Translations under genes and position numbers: made by a program
In this document: piece by piece, positions 38,863-48,852 of the stretch
How the letters are laid out: each line of letters begins with the position of its first letter
Numbering within the stretch: the first letter of the stretch is position 1
Notes under the pieces: model-generated
Databases searched by the model: none
Told to the model about the DNA's origin: nothing
The model's input: only the letters and a program-made list of their open reading frames with translations
Assembly: GCA_021647145.1 (NCBI GenBank)
Contig: JAKIVF010000001.1
Span: 2,743-66,742, forward strand
DNA from: Methylococcaceae bacterium
GTDB taxonomy: Bacteria; Pseudomonadota; Gammaproteobacteria; Methylococcales; Methylomonadaceae
Direction of reading: 5' to 3'
Length of the DNA stretch: 64,000 bases

Positions 38863-39942
38863 ATGAAAGAATTGCGAGTTGAGTTAAAAGAAAACAGTTA
38901 CCCGATTTATATTGGCTCTGGATTATTAACGCAAAAGGAATTATTGATAAAGCATATCAAATCAAAACAAGTGTTAATTGTTACCAATGTTACGGTAGCC
39001 CCCTACTATTTATCATTTTTACAAAAAAGTTTAGTAGAGTTTCAAGTTGTTACTATTGAACTACCTGATGGTGAGCAATATAAAAACCTGGAAAATATCA
39101 ATAAAATTTTTGATCATTTACTTGAGAATAAATACAGTAGAAATGCAACATTAATTGCACTAGGTGGTGGTGTGGTTGGTGATATGGGTGGATTTGCTGC
39201 AGCATGCTATCAACGAGGTATCCCTTTTATCCAGATTCCAACAACTGTCTTGGCTCAAGTGGACTCATCCGTTGGAGGAAAAACAGGTGTAAATCATCCT
39301 CTAGGTAAAAATATGATAGGTGCTTTTTATCAACCGCAGTGTGTCATTGCAGACATGGATGTATTGGATACTTTAGATGATCGACAATTAATTGCAGGTA
39401 TTGCAGAAGTTATAAAATATGGATTGATTCGAGATTTAGAATTTTTTGAGTGGTTAGAAAAAAATATAGGATTATTACTTGCGAGAAATAAAGAGGCATT
39501 AGCCTATGTGATAGAAAGATCCTGTCTCAATAAAGCAGAAGTTGTGGTGGAAGATGAATTTGAATCAGGTATTCGGGCAACGCTAAATTTAGGGCATACA
39601 TTTGGCCATGCAATTGAAACAGGGATGGGTTATGGCATGTATCTTCATGGTGAAGCCGTTTCGATAGGCATATGCTATGCTGCGGACCTTTCTAAGAGAA
39701 TGGGGTGGATAACAGTTGATGATATGGAAAGGGTTATTGCCTTATTAAGATTAGCCCAGCTACCTGTATGCCCTCCTAAGGAAATGAATGCTAAACAGTT
39801 TTTAGATTTAATGGCTGTAGATAAAAAAAATGTTGATGGAAAAATAAGACTGATTTTACTTGAATCTATTGGTAAAGCAACATTGCCGGTAAGTGTAGAT
39901 CAATTGCTTCTTGAGCAAACTTTGAATGATTATGCAGGATAA
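38863..39942 (+). CDS. aroB: 3-dehydroquinate synthase
   Basis: Motifs [14 protein letters not shown] and [11 protein letters not shown]. Confidence 0.93.
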   Translation: MKELRVELKENSYPIYIGSGLLTQKELLIKHIKSKQVLIVTNVTVAPYYLSFLQKSLVEFQVVTIELPDGEQYKNLENINKIFDHLLENKYSRNATLIALGGGVVGDMGGFAAACYQRGIPFIQIPTTVLAQVDSSVGGKTGVNHPLGKNMIGAFYQPQCVIADMDVLDTLDDRQLIAGIAEVIKYGLIRDLEFFEWLEKNIGLLLARNKEALAYVIERSCLNKAEVVVEDEFESGIRATLNLGHTFGHAIETGMGYGMYLHGEAVSIGICYAADLSKRMGWITVDDMERVIALLRLAQLPVCPPKEMNAKQFLDLMAVDKKNVDGKIRLILLESIGKATLPVSVDQLLLEQTLNDYAG

Positions 39943-39960
39943 TGAATCGCCAGTTTTCGA

Positions 39961-41490
39961 ATGAATAAAATTCACATGCCCAAGATAAAGAATGTTGAAT
40001 CCGCTTTGTTAACATTAGAGCGCGCTCAGAAATTGCATTTATTGATCCACTTGATTACAAATCTTAAACAGTCTTTGGTTATCTGTGGACCCAATGGTAT
40101 AGGGAAAACAGTTTTAATTGATGAGCTAACAAAATGCGATAAGGATATATTATCACTCGTTTGTATTCAAGGGACATCTGATTTAAGTTTTGATGATTTT
40201 CAATATCAACTAGTACGATTGTTAGAAAATCAACTTAATTTTGATGCTGAAAATCAAGATATCTCAGATGTTTTATCAATGCTTGATAAAAATAATCAAA
40301 AGGTTGTTGTTGTTTTTGATGATGCGGGACAATTAATGCCCGGGCTGATTGATACTCTTATTGAATTTGCTAGTGAAAATAGATGTTTAAAAATTGTATT
40401 TTCTTTAACTCTTGATGACATACAATTTAAAAAAAGTTCTGACCGTAGGATAGATGATTGTCATTTTATAGATATTCCCCCTTTAACAGAAAAACAATGT
40501 GGTGTTTTTTTAAAAAGTCTATCTGCCCGACCAGGGGTTAATTTAGAGTTTAATAATATTAATGAGCAGTTAATAGAAAAAATATACAAAAAAACGAATG
40601 GAGTTCCTGGGGAAATAATTTATGAAGTATCAAAAGATAATAATTTTAATATTATCAGTTTAGAAAAATATAAATGGATTGGGCTCGCATTAATTGCTGC
40701 ATTAATATTGACTGTACTAGCTAGTTTTTTATTTAGTGATGAACCTGAAGTAAACCAGAGTGTAGATAAAAATAACTTGGCTTTACAAAATAATAAAACT
40801 AAAAAGGTTGAAAAAACAAACTATTATGTTCAGCCTGAGGCAGATGTGGAAATAAATAATTCACAAGTGATTCCAGTTGATAAAGTTAACATGAAAGAAC
40901 TGAAAGAAAGTTTTCCTGATAAAAACCTTGTTAAAAAATTTGATCATAAAACTAAAGTAGCAGAAAAAAAAGTTGAAAAAGTCGCTTTTCCTCAGAAAAA
41001 AGAGAAAGAAAGCTCAAAATTTCAAGAGTTAATAGAAAAAAATAAAATTGTTGAATTGGTTGGTAAAAATACTGAGAAAAAAATAAGCCTAGAAAAACCA
41101 AGTAAAGCATTAATAAATAAGGATAGATTTCAAGCTTCTATTGAGAATAAAAAGAAGACTGATAAAAAAAATGAAGAGCAAAAAAAAGACGTGACCATAA
41201 GAGCTGATGATAGTATGTGGGTTTTAAAGCAAGATAAAAATCATTACACTATGCAGCTAATTGTCTTATCTACACAGGATGCTGTGTCAGGTTTTTTGTC
41301 AGAATATAAAGGTCTTTCTAATAATCTTAAGTTTTTTAGAAAAAGAAAGCAGGGAGATAATCAATATGTTGTCATTTACGGTTCTTTTAAAGATGCAGCA
41401 ACAGCATCCTTAAAAATGAAATCTTTACCTGCTCGATTTAGAAAAGCATGGATTAGAAGTTTTAGAGGGTTACAAGAGATGATTAAATAA
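39961..41490 (+). CDS. AAA-type ATPase domain / TM / Lys-Glu-rich linker / C-terminal SPOR domain protein (in the DamX position)
   Basis: Walker A is [10 protein letters not shown] and Walker B is VVVVFDDAG. The TM segment is [20 protein letters not shown]. The SPOR-like C-terminus is [11 protein letters not shown]...[22 protein letters not shown]. Confidence 0.75.
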   Translation: MNKIHMPKIKNVESALLTLERAQKLHLLIHLITNLKQSLVICGPNGIGKTVLIDELTKCDKDILSLVCIQGTSDLSFDDFQYQLVRLLENQLNFDAENQDISDVLSMLDKNNQKVVVVFDDAGQLMPGLIDTLIEFASENRCLKIVFSLTLDDIQFKKSSDRRIDDCHFIDIPPLTEKQCGVFLKSLSARPGVNLEFNNINEQLIEKIYKKTNGVPGEIIYEVSKDNNFNIISLEKYKWIGLALIAALILTVLASFLFSDEPEVNQSVDKNNLALQNNKTKKVEKTNYYVQPEADVEINNSQVIPVDKVNMKELKESFPDKNLVKKFDHKTKVAEKKVEKVAFPQKKEKESSKFQELIEKNKIVELVGKNTEKKISLEKPSKALINKDRFQASIENKKKTDKKNEEQKKDVTIRADDSMWVLKQDKNHYTMQLIVLSTQDAVSGFLSEYKGLSNNLKFFRKRKQGDNQYVVIYGSFKDAATASLKMKSLPARFRKAWIRSFRGLQEMIK

Positions 41491-41495
41491 AAAAT

Positions 41496-42560
41496 ATGAT
41501 AGCTTTAAAAAATGATATTTTCATTAAAACGTTACTTAAACAGCCGGTTGACAGAACTCCTGTCTGGATGATGAGACAGGCAGGGCGTTATTTGCCTGAA
41601 TATAGAGCTATCCGCGCAAAAGCAGGCAGTTTTTTAGATTTGTGCACTAATCCTGAGTTAGCTTGCGAAGTGACTTTACAGCCGTTAGAGCGGTTTGATT
41701 TTGATGCGGCAATATTATTTTCTGATATTCTAACAATTCCAGATGCAATGGGTTTAGGGTTATTCTTTAGTGAAGGGGAAGGACCAAAATTTAGAAACCC
41801 TGTCAGAACTGAAAATGATATCCGGAATTTACCTATCCCTGACCCTGGTAGCGATTTAAGATATGTTATTGATGCGGTTAGCTTAATCAGAAAAAATTTA
41901 CAGGGTAAAGTACCTTTAATAGGTTTTTCCGGAAGTCCTTGGACGCTGGCTACTTATATGGTTGAAGGTAGTAGTAGTAAAAGTTTTGAGAAAGTTAAGG
42001 GGTTGATGTATCAACAACCTAAATTAATGCACCTTATGTTAGATAAGCTTGCTCAATCTGTTGCTTTATATTTGAATGCTCAAATAGAAGCAGGCGCGCA
42101 AGCTGTTATGGTCTTTGATACATGGGGTGGTATGTTATCTACTGAAGATTATTTAGAATTCTCATTAAATTATGCAAAGCAGGTTCGTTCTTTACTTAAT
42201 ACGAATAAAAGTGGAGTAGAAGTTCCGACTATTTTTTTCACAAAAGGTGGTGGATTGTGGCTAGAGAAAATGGCTGATGCTGGATATAGTGCTTTAGGAT
42301 TAGATTGGCAAACGGACATTTCTAAAGCAAGAGATCGAATAGGAAAACAAGTGGCATTACAAGGAAATATGGATCCTATTGCATTATATGGAGAGCCAGA
42401 GTTGATAAGAGAAAAAGTTAAATCAATTTTGCAAAAATATGGAAAAGGCTCAGGACATGTTTTTAATTTAGGGCATGGGATTTTGCCTGATGTAAACCCC
42501 GAACATGTAAAGGTAATGGTTGATGCTGTGCATGAGTTTAGCTCTCAATATCACTTGTGA
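41496..42560 (+). CDS. hemE: uroporphyrinogen decarboxylase
   Basis: Motifs [15 protein letters not shown] and [11 protein letters not shown]. Confidence 0.95.
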   Translation: MIALKNDIFIKTLLKQPVDRTPVWMMRQAGRYLPEYRAIRAKAGSFLDLCTNPELACEVTLQPLERFDFDAAILFSDILTIPDAMGLGLFFSEGEGPKFRNPVRTENDIRNLPIPDPGSDLRYVIDAVSLIRKNLQGKVPLIGFSGSPWTLATYMVEGSSSKSFEKVKGLMYQQPKLMHLMLDKLAQSVALYLNAQIEAGAQAVMVFDTWGGMLSTEDYLEFSLNYAKQVRSLLNTNKSGVEVPTIFFTKGGGLWLEKMADAGYSALGLDWQTDISKARDRIGKQVALQGNMDPIALYGEPELIREKVKSILQKYGKGSGHVFNLGHGILPDVNPEHVKVMVDAVHEFSSQYHL

Positions 42561-42605
42561 AGTAAGAAGGATTTATATAAAGCAAAGCCAGCTTTCCAAA
42601 TAATA

Positions 42606-42640
42606 AAAAACCCAAATATAAAAGATATATTTGGGTTTTT
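42606..42640. terminator. bidirectional intrinsic terminator
   Basis: AAAAACCCAAATATA (42606-42620) / TATATTTGGGTTTTT (42626-42640). The A-run and T-run arms allow termination for both hemE (+) and the convergent small gene (-). Confidence 0.7.
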
Positions 42641-42658
42641 AAATAACGTTACCTTATA

Positions 42659-42970
42659 CTAATCAAGAGCAGATTTTGCTCCATCCATAGCTCCTTTAGT
42701 CGCATCTTCAGTGATAGAACCTCTTTTTGCACCATCTACTGCGCCTTCGACTCCTCCTTTTGCTCCATCAGTTACTACATCTTTTGCAGTGTCAGTGATT
42801 GACCCATCTTGTAATTTATCTGAAGCTTTTTTTGCAGTACCTAGGTTATCAGCCGTTTTTTTTGTCTCTTTTGCCGTTTCAGCAGTACTGGTGACATCGC
42901 CTAAATTTAAAGCCATAATATTTTGTGAGCTAAGTAAAAAAAGGCTGGTGAAGATTATTTTTTTTAACAT
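42659..42970 (-). CDS. small secreted low-complexity protein with repeated DGAK-like motifs (hypothetical)
   Basis: 103-aa ORF with an AGGAAG SD 5 nt upstream. It has a signal peptide (MLKKIIFTSLFLLSSQNIMA). The mature part is rich in Asp, Gly, Ala, Lys and Thr with recurring TxDGAK / VDGAK / MDGAK. Confidence 0.5.
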   Translation of the reverse strand: MLKKIIFTSLFLLSSQNIMALNLGDVTSTAETAKETKKTADNLGTAKKASDKLQDGSITDTAKDVVTDGAKGGVEGAVDGAKRGSITEDATKGAMDGAKSALD

Positions 42971-43370
42971 TTTTTCTTCCTATATAGTCATGAAAGTTGT
43001 AGTGAATAATTAAGGGCTGTTGTTTTGAAAAACTTGCTAGAAAGCTTTACTTTCCCCTGTTTCTTGGTGAGAGGGCTAACGTATTGTTTTTCCATCATCA
43101 CTATTCTATATCTTAAGCAGTATACGAGCCAGTTTATTTTAGGGAATGTAAGTTATTAGGGGCATTATAATATTTTTAATTTTTTGTAGTGTCTAATGTA
43201 TCAATTTTATGAAGCTTGAACAGTGTAAAAGTAAAAGGGTTTTAAGCGTCTGTATTTGGAGACACTATTGTTTATATTTAAGATGCTAAAAAGATAAATG
43301 AAGCAACAATTGATTTTTATCTTACTTTATCAATTAGTTATTGATAGGTGGTAAAAGATGTTCGCTATAT

Positions 43371-44249
43371 TTACTCTAGTAGCTTGCTATGTAAGCCTCC
43401 AAGACGAAAAAAGGTACGTAAATCAGCAAGATCTTTTTTATGATGCTCCGGAAGATTATCTCGAAAAACGTGAAGTTGTTCAATAACTCCTTGATTTAGC
43501 TTATCGCAGCGAGAATGGCTTTTGATTGCAACCATATAAGGTGCTAAAAAAGTTGAATAGAGATAAGCCTCTTTGAGGTGTTTTGATGTTAATCTTTTAA
43601 AATCCTCTAATAAAAAGGCGGCTCGCAAAGAATAGATATAATCCAAAGTAAAAAGCTCAGGTTGAGATTCTGAGTATTGGTATGCAAAATCAGATATAGA
43701 TTTTTCAGACTTCAAATGACCAAAATCAACAAGATAAAGTCCTCCATTTTTTTTAAGAATACGATTAAGTTCTAAAAATGTTTCCTCCAAAGCGACAATA
43801 TTTGGTAAGTGATGTAAGGCAACAGTAGAAATAACAGCATCTATTGTCTGGTTGTCAAAAAAGGAAAGATCAGTGATATTTCCCTTACGAAAGTCAACGT
43901 TCTTCAATCCTTGTTCAGTAATATAGTTTTGTGCTTTTTCAAGCATGCCAGTCGAAAGGTCGATACCAATGAAATTTGTCTTTGGGTTTAACCTGGCAAC
44001 CATTGCTAGTTGAGTTGCTGGGCCACAGCCTAAATCTACAACTGTATCACCTGAATTTATAATTTCACATATTTGTGCGCAATGAAACAAATAAACAGGT
44101 GCCATAACACCATCTTCGCGCCCTGCACGAGTGTACGCAGAAACCTTTTTAAGGTCATCCATCACAAGGTCAGGTTCATTAACTCGTGGACTTTGTTTGT
44201 GAGTGATTAGTTCGCGTAGTAATGTTTTAAGAATAGATACACTTGGCAT
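43371..44249 (-). CDS. class I SAM-dependent methyltransferase
   Basis: Motif I is VVDLGCGPATQ, followed by the post-I acidic residue in IGIDLS and motif II/III-like DAVISTVALHHL and GGLYLVDF. Confidence 0.8.
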   Translation of the reverse strand: MPSVSILKTLLRELITHKQSPRVNEPDLVMDDLKKVSAYTRAGREDGVMAPVYLFHCAQICEIINSGDTVVDLGCGPATQLAMVARLNPKTNFIGIDLSTGMLEKAQNYITEQGLKNVDFRKGNITDLSFFDNQTIDAVISTVALHHLPNIVALEETFLELNRILKKNGGLYLVDFGHLKSEKSISDFAYQYSESQPELFTLDYIYSLRAAFLLEDFKRLTSKHLKEAYLYSTFLAPYMVAIKSHSRCDKLNQGVIEQLHVFRDNLPEHHKKDLADLRTFFRLGGLHSKLLE

Positions 44250-44362
44250 TTTGAAATTCTATACTAATTGTAATAATTATTATTTGGACTTCGATAATAA
44301 GGCGACAGGTGGGAAATACCCATCATATCTTGTACTAAAGCTTAAGAATCGATAGAGTTGTT

Positions 44363-45217
44363 TTAAACTTTTTTCAATCGATACAATGCAGAAATATCTT
44401 CATCTGCATAGCCTTGCTCAATTAACTTTTCATAGTCTGCTAAAGTTTGTTCTATTACGTTTGTAACTGCCCCTGATTGTTGAGCCATTTTTTTACAAAT
44501 GACTAAATCTTTTTTGTGTAAAGCCACTTTAAAACCAGGCTTAAATGTTTCTAGCAGCATACTTGTTCCTCTATTTTGTAGAAACCAGTTGTTTGCCGCT
44601 CCCCCTGAAATTACATCAATCACTGCATTCATTTCTAAACCTTGTGATTGACCAAAAGCTAATGCTTCGGTAACGGCTTGATTAATACCCGCAGCCATTA
44701 TCTGGTTAACAGCCTTCGCTCCTTGGCCTGAACCAGTATGTCCAATATGAATAATTCGGGAGCCTATTATTTCTAAAACGGGCAGTACTTTTTTTAGGGT
44801 TTTTTTATCACCACCGACCATAATAGCAAGTGATCCGTTTTTTGCACCTTCTGCACCGCCAGAAACGGGAGCATCAAGGAATAAAACTTGTTTTTTGGAT
44901 AAAATTCTGGCGGCTTTTTGAGCTGTTTCGATACTGACAGTTGATAAGTCAATGACAACACTGTTCGGTTTTATAGTTTCTGCTATCGCGTTTATCATTT
45001 GTAAAACATCTATATCTTTTGATACGCAGATCAGAATAATATCAACTTGTTCTGCTAGTTCCTGAGGAGAAGAACAAGGGGTTAAATTTATCTCCTTACC
45101 AAAATCTGTCGCTTTCTTGTGGGTTCTGTTATAAATAGCGTCAAGTAAACCTGATTTAGCAATATTTCGTGCCATTCCAAGTCCTATTGTTCCTAAGCCT
45201 ATTACGCCTACTTTCAT
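44363..45217 (-). CDS. NAD(P)-dependent beta-hydroxyacid dehydrogenase (3-hydroxyisobutyrate dehydrogenase family)
   Basis: N-terminal Rossmann motif VGVIGLGTIGLGMARN, with LDAPVSGG and a C-terminal helical domain. Its ATG overlaps the batD stop (ATGA at 45214-45217). Confidence 0.85.
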   Translation of the reverse strand: MKVGVIGLGTIGLGMARNIAKSGLLDAIYNRTHKKATDFGKEINLTPCSSPQELAEQVDIILICVSKDIDVLQMINAIAETIKPNSVVIDLSTVSIETAQKAARILSKKQVLFLDAPVSGGAEGAKNGSLAIMVGGDKKTLKKVLPVLEIIGSRIIHIGHTGSGQGAKAVNQIMAAGINQAVTEALAFGQSQGLEMNAVIDVISGGAANNWFLQNRGTSMLLETFKPGFKVALHKKDLVICKKMAQQSGAVTNVIEQTLADYEKLIEQGYADEDISALYRLKKV

Positions 45218-47052
45218 ATTCTATAAAGTGGTTCTAAAGTGTTATCTGTTTTTTTGTTTAATCTTTCTAGTGCATTGTGCTCAGCAAAGGCCTGGAATAA
45301 TTTTTTACCTTCCCAGTGTGGTAATGGGGATGTCGAGTATAAGTTTTTGTTTAATTTAATAATTTCATCACTTAAACGAAACTCACAGTGAGATGCAATA
45401 GTTGATAAGTTAGTTTCATTATATTTTAGTCTTCCCCAGTCTAATAATGCATTTTTAGCTTCTATCTGGTTATTTTCCTTACAGACTTGTTTGATCGTTT
45501 TAACGATTTTTTTCAGTTTTAACTGTTCAGGCGTAATTGGCACTCTTTCTTTTTTGGGTGGTTTTTTATTTAATAACAGAGTTGCAAGCCAGCCACAAGC
45601 TAGTAAAAGCGAAAACCATTTCCACAAACTATTATCTACTTCGTGAGCAACTGGTTCAGGTTTAGTTGTTTCAAGTTGTGTGGGAGATAAAATTTGATTG
45701 TTAGTAGAGGGTTGCGCAGAAGAAATTACAGTAACCGTTGTTTCTGGAATTGTTGCTATTTCCATTTTCTGAGTTTTAGTATTAAACCAAGGTATTTCTA
45801 TCGCTGGTAGAGTATAGTCCCCTGGCTCTGATGGAATATAAACTATTTTCTGTTCTCTTAAGGAAATTAGGCCATCAGTATTTTTTTGTTCTTTTAAACT
45901 AGGTTGGTCTGAATAAGTCTTTAATTTATAATCTGAAGATTCTGTGTGCAAATCAGGTAATTGGGCTGACATGGTGCCTTTAGCTAAGATAGTTAAAGTT
46001 CGTGTTAACGGTTCCCCAGTTTTTATTTGATGAATATCCTCGGACCATTTTTCCTCAAGATAAAGTTGTTCAGATGGAATCCAGTGTTTTCCAGAGAAAT
46101 CTTTGGGTGCTGGTTTGACTTTTAGTGTAATTTCTTTTGAGCTTACTCGTTTTGTAGTTGTTTGTCGGGAGTTGAAGAAACCATTAAACCTGGGACGATT
46201 GTTGGAAACCACATTGGCAGTTAACACTAGGGGTTTAATTGTTCTAGTGCCACTTTTTTGAGGAAAAATTGCATATTTCCTCTCTGTAACAAGGTAATTA
46301 ACTCCACTTAGTTCGGTATTGTAATTTTTATCTTCACCTATTTGCTCAATAATAGCATCATTTAGTTCAGGCTCATTTAAACTTGCTTGTGATATTTGTA
46401 CTCTTTGAAAAAAACGAAGAGTATAAATAACTTGTGCTTGAACATAAGGCGTTAGAGAAGAAACTTCAACGTCTAAAAATAAATCTTGATTGCTCGCATT
46501 GTTTTGGCTGTTGGTGGTATTTTTAGTGATTAATAGCGTGGCAGGTTGGCTGACATCATTGCCGAAAGAAATGGGGGGAATAGATAGGTCGCCCGTTTTT
46601 TTAGCCATAACATTTAGTATCCATTGAATAGTCCGTCTATACCTTCCATTAACTAATGAATTTTGTCTTTGTTGAGTCTCGTTTAATATTGTAAAGTTCT
46701 CCTCCAAAGGGCTAAAGTCTGGTTGGCCATCAGGTGGTTGAGTAGAAGTAAATATTATTTGAAACGATTCATTAATTTTGACGGGAGTTCGGTCTACTGT
46801 GGTTTTAATTTCTGTTGCGAAAACCATTTGGCTTGAAATAAAAAATAGAACTAAACTTAGGCAACTGGAAGCAAATAACCTATCCACTTTACTTGGCTTT
46901 TTGTCCGTCTTCAACCTAATAGATTCGGTTACATTGCTTGCTATGCATCCTGCATAAGAAGATAGAATACAAATAAAGAATCTTTGTAAAATGAGTGGGT
47001 TATATATTTTCAGCTGCCTTATGGTTTGAGAGTAATTTTTTCTAAACATCAT
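45214..47052 (-). CDS. batD: BatD-like oxygen-tolerance protein
   Basis: About 600 aa, with a signal-like segment (LSLVLFFISSQMVFA), a long beta-rich periplasmic body and a single C-terminal TM segment (WKWFSLLLACGWLATLLL). It lies directly downstream of batA/batB. The ATG pair at 47052-47047 is 3 nt after the batB stop. A GTG at 46887 is an alternative start. Confidence 0.72.
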   Translation of the reverse strand: MMFRKNYSQTIRQLKIYNPLILQRFFICILSSYAGCIASNVTESIRLKTDKKPSKVDRLFASSCLSLVLFFISSQMVFATEIKTTVDRTPVKINESFQIIFTSTQPPDGQPDFSPLEENFTILNETQQRQNSLVNGRYRRTIQWILNVMAKKTGDLSIPPISFGNDVSQPATLLITKNTTNSQNNASNQDLFLDVEVSSLTPYVQAQVIYTLRFFQRVQISQASLNEPELNDAIIEQIGEDKNYNTELSGVNYLVTERKYAIFPQKSGTRTIKPLVLTANVVSNNRPRFNGFFNSRQTTTKRVSSKEITLKVKPAPKDFSGKHWIPSEQLYLEEKWSEDIHQIKTGEPLTRTLTILAKGTMSAQLPDLHTESSDYKLKTYSDQPSLKEQKNTDGLISLREQKIVYIPSEPGDYTLPAIEIPWFNTKTQKMEIATIPETTVTVISSAQPSTNNQILSPTQLETTKPEPVAHEVDNSLWKWFSLLLACGWLATLLLNKKPPKKERVPITPEQLKLKKIVKTIKQVCKENNQIEAKNALLDWGRLKYNETNLSTIASHCEFRLSDEIIKLNKNLYSTSPLPHWEGKKLFQAFAEHNALERLNKKTDNTLEPLYRI

Positions 47053-47055
47053 CTT

Positions 47056-48852
47056 TTATTGGTTGCGCTGCTTGTATTGGTATTTGAATTTACGTTTCAA
47101 TAAACCAGCGGGATCGTCAGGTATTCGGTTAAGCCATTGTTCATTAGCTTGTTTTGATTCGTCATATTCTAAATCTTTTTCTATTGGTACGGGCTCGGTT
47201 TTTTTTGAATCTTTAGTTTTGTCTTTAAGGTCTTCTGAATCATCAGGTTCAGATTTTTCCATTGGTTGTTGTTCTGATTCCTTGGTTTCAGTATTTTGCT
47301 TAGCGTTTTTTTCTGATTTTTCCTGTTTAGTTTTATTTTTGTTGTCAGACTGTTTTGAGTTGCTATCCTTGTCTTTATTGTCTTTATTGTCTTTATTGTC
47401 TTTATTGTCTTTATTGTCTTTATTGTCTTTATTGTCTTTATTGTCTTTATTGTCTTTATTGTCTTTATTGTCTTGCTGCTGATTTTTTTGTTGTTTTTCT
47501 AGCTCTTTTTCGACTTGCTGGATATTAAATTTAGCATCTTCATTAGAAGGGTCTTTTTGTAATGATTTTTTATAGGATTCGATCGCCTCAGGTAACTTAC
47601 CTGATTTAGCCAGGGCATTACCTAAGTTATAAAGCCCAGTGGCGGATTGATCATTTTGTAATGTAGAAATAGCTTTATCATAATGTCCAGCTTTATATTG
47701 TGCGGCCGCTTTCCATTGTGGTTGGCTAAATTTTTCTGCAGCTTGTTGGTATTTTTTTTGAGTAAATGCTTGTTGTGCTGTTTGGTCAGGTGTTTTCCAT
47801 AAATCATTCCATTCCAGTGCGTAACTTGTTTTAGGGAAGGGGAATAAACAAAGTAGGGCTAACGATAATAAACCTTTTCTAAAAAAGAAGGCAGCGAAAG
47901 GTAAAATAATTAATAATAACCATGGGCCTTTTTCGTTCCATTGATCAATTAATAAATTATTGTCTACGCTGTTTTTATTTTTTGCTGGTGTTTGTAGTTG
48001 GCTTAGTATTGCTTCAACGTCACTATTATCATTTGTTATCGTTTTATAAACACCATTGCCTGCTTTTGCCAAACGGGCTAATTCGCTAACATTGAGTTTA
48101 GGTATATTAATATTTCCCAATGCATCCTTAAAAAAACCTCCACTGGCTTTTTTAATCGGAGCCCCGCCCTCTGTACCTACTCCAAGGATAGATAGGTGAT
48201 AACCTGAGAGCGCTTCAACTTTAGAGATTGATCGCTCAAAATCAATACCGTCAGTGATTAATAGTATTTCACCCGACTGTAGTCCTGCTTGTTTTAATAA
48301 TTTGACAGCAATCGATAAAGCTAATGGGGTATTACTTCCTTGAACAGGGATGATATCAGTGGTTAACGCTGGAAGTTGATTCGCTATCGTTTCAGTATCA
48401 GTTGTTAAGGGAGTAACTGTAAAAGCATCACCGGCGTAGACTAATAAAGCGGTTTGTCCGTCTTTTCGCTGATTTAAAATATCGGCAATTTTATACCTTG
48501 CCATAGCTAAACGATTAGGCTTTATATCTGCTGCCTCCATAGATTGGGATAAGTCTAAAACGATGACTAATGCTGCATCATTTCTAAACACAGGTGAAGG
48601 CAGTCTTTCCCATGTAGGCCCTGCCAGGGCAATGATGATTAACAGGCTGGCAAGTCCCCCCAGGATTAATGCCCAACGATTTTTTTCTATGGGGCGTTCT
48701 TGTAAAATAAAAGGCAATAGTTCAGCATCGCATACATTTGACCAGTTACCTTGGTTCAGTTTATTTTTAAGCAATAAAACATAAATAGTGATTGCAGGAA
48801 TTAAAGATAATAACCAAAAAGGCCTAATAAAATGGAATTCAGCTAAATTCAT
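47056..48852 (-). CDS. batB: BatB/BatC-like VWA plus TPR protein with a charged repetitive C-terminal tail
   Basis: It has an N-terminal TM segment, a VWA MIDAS motif (VLDLSQSM), a second TM segment, TPR-like repeats (YNLGNALAKSGKLPEAIESYKKSLQKDP), then (DNK)n and a Lys/Glu/Asp-rich tail. The ATG at 48852 overlaps the batA stop (ATGA). Confidence 0.8.
   Translation of the reverse strand: MNLAEFHFIRPFWLLSLIPAITIYVLLLKNKLNQGNWSNVCDAELLPFILQERPIEKNRWALILGGLASLLIIIALAGPTWERLPSPVFRNDAALVIVLDLSQSMEAADIKPNRLAMARYKIADILNQRKDGQTALLVYAGDAFTVTPLTTDTETIANQLPALTTDIIPVQGSNTPLALSIAVKLLKQAGLQSGEILLITDGIDFERSISKVEALSGYHLSILGVGTEGGAPIKKASGGFFKDALGNINIPKLNVSELARLAKAGNGVYKTITNDNSDVEAILSQLQTPAKNKNSVDNNLLIDQWNEKGPWLLLIILPFAAFFFRKGLLSLALLCLFPFPKTSYALEWNDLWKTPDQTAQQAFTQKKYQQAAEKFSQPQWKAAAQYKAGHYDKAISTLQNDQSATGLYNLGNALAKSGKLPEAIESYKKSLQKDPSNEDAKFNIQQVEKELEKQQKNQQQDNKDNKDNKDNKDNKDNKDNKDNKDNKDNKDNKDKDSNSKQSDNKNKTKQEKSEKNAKQNTETKESEQQPMEKSEPDDSEDLKDKTKDSKKTEPVPIEKDLEYDESKQANEQWLNRIPDDPAGLLKRKFKYQYKQRNQ
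47371..47469. repeat. perfect tandem repeat, 9-nt unit GTCTTTATT x 11, inside batB
   Basis: I counted this directly from the sequence. Eleven identical head-to-tail units are followed by a truncated GTCTT. On the minus strand it encodes (Asn-Lys-Asp)n. Confidence 0.95.

Noticed and set aside
42711-43013. 100-aa plus-strand ORF antisense to the secreted DGAK-repeat gene
   Set aside because: It has no SD or signal features. The minus-strand ORF has an SD, a signal peptide and a terminator. The Ala/Pro/Ser-rich product is typical of an antisense reading of a GC-richer repeat.
47371-47469. Possible CRISPR-like array
   Set aside because: The units are contiguous 9-nt repeats with no spacers, they lie in frame inside a coding gene, and no cas genes are present.
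47063-47482. 139-aa plus-strand ORF with LLS repeats
   Set aside because: It is the antisense reading of the 9-nt tandem repeat and charged tail of batB. It has no SD and mirror-image low-complexity composition.
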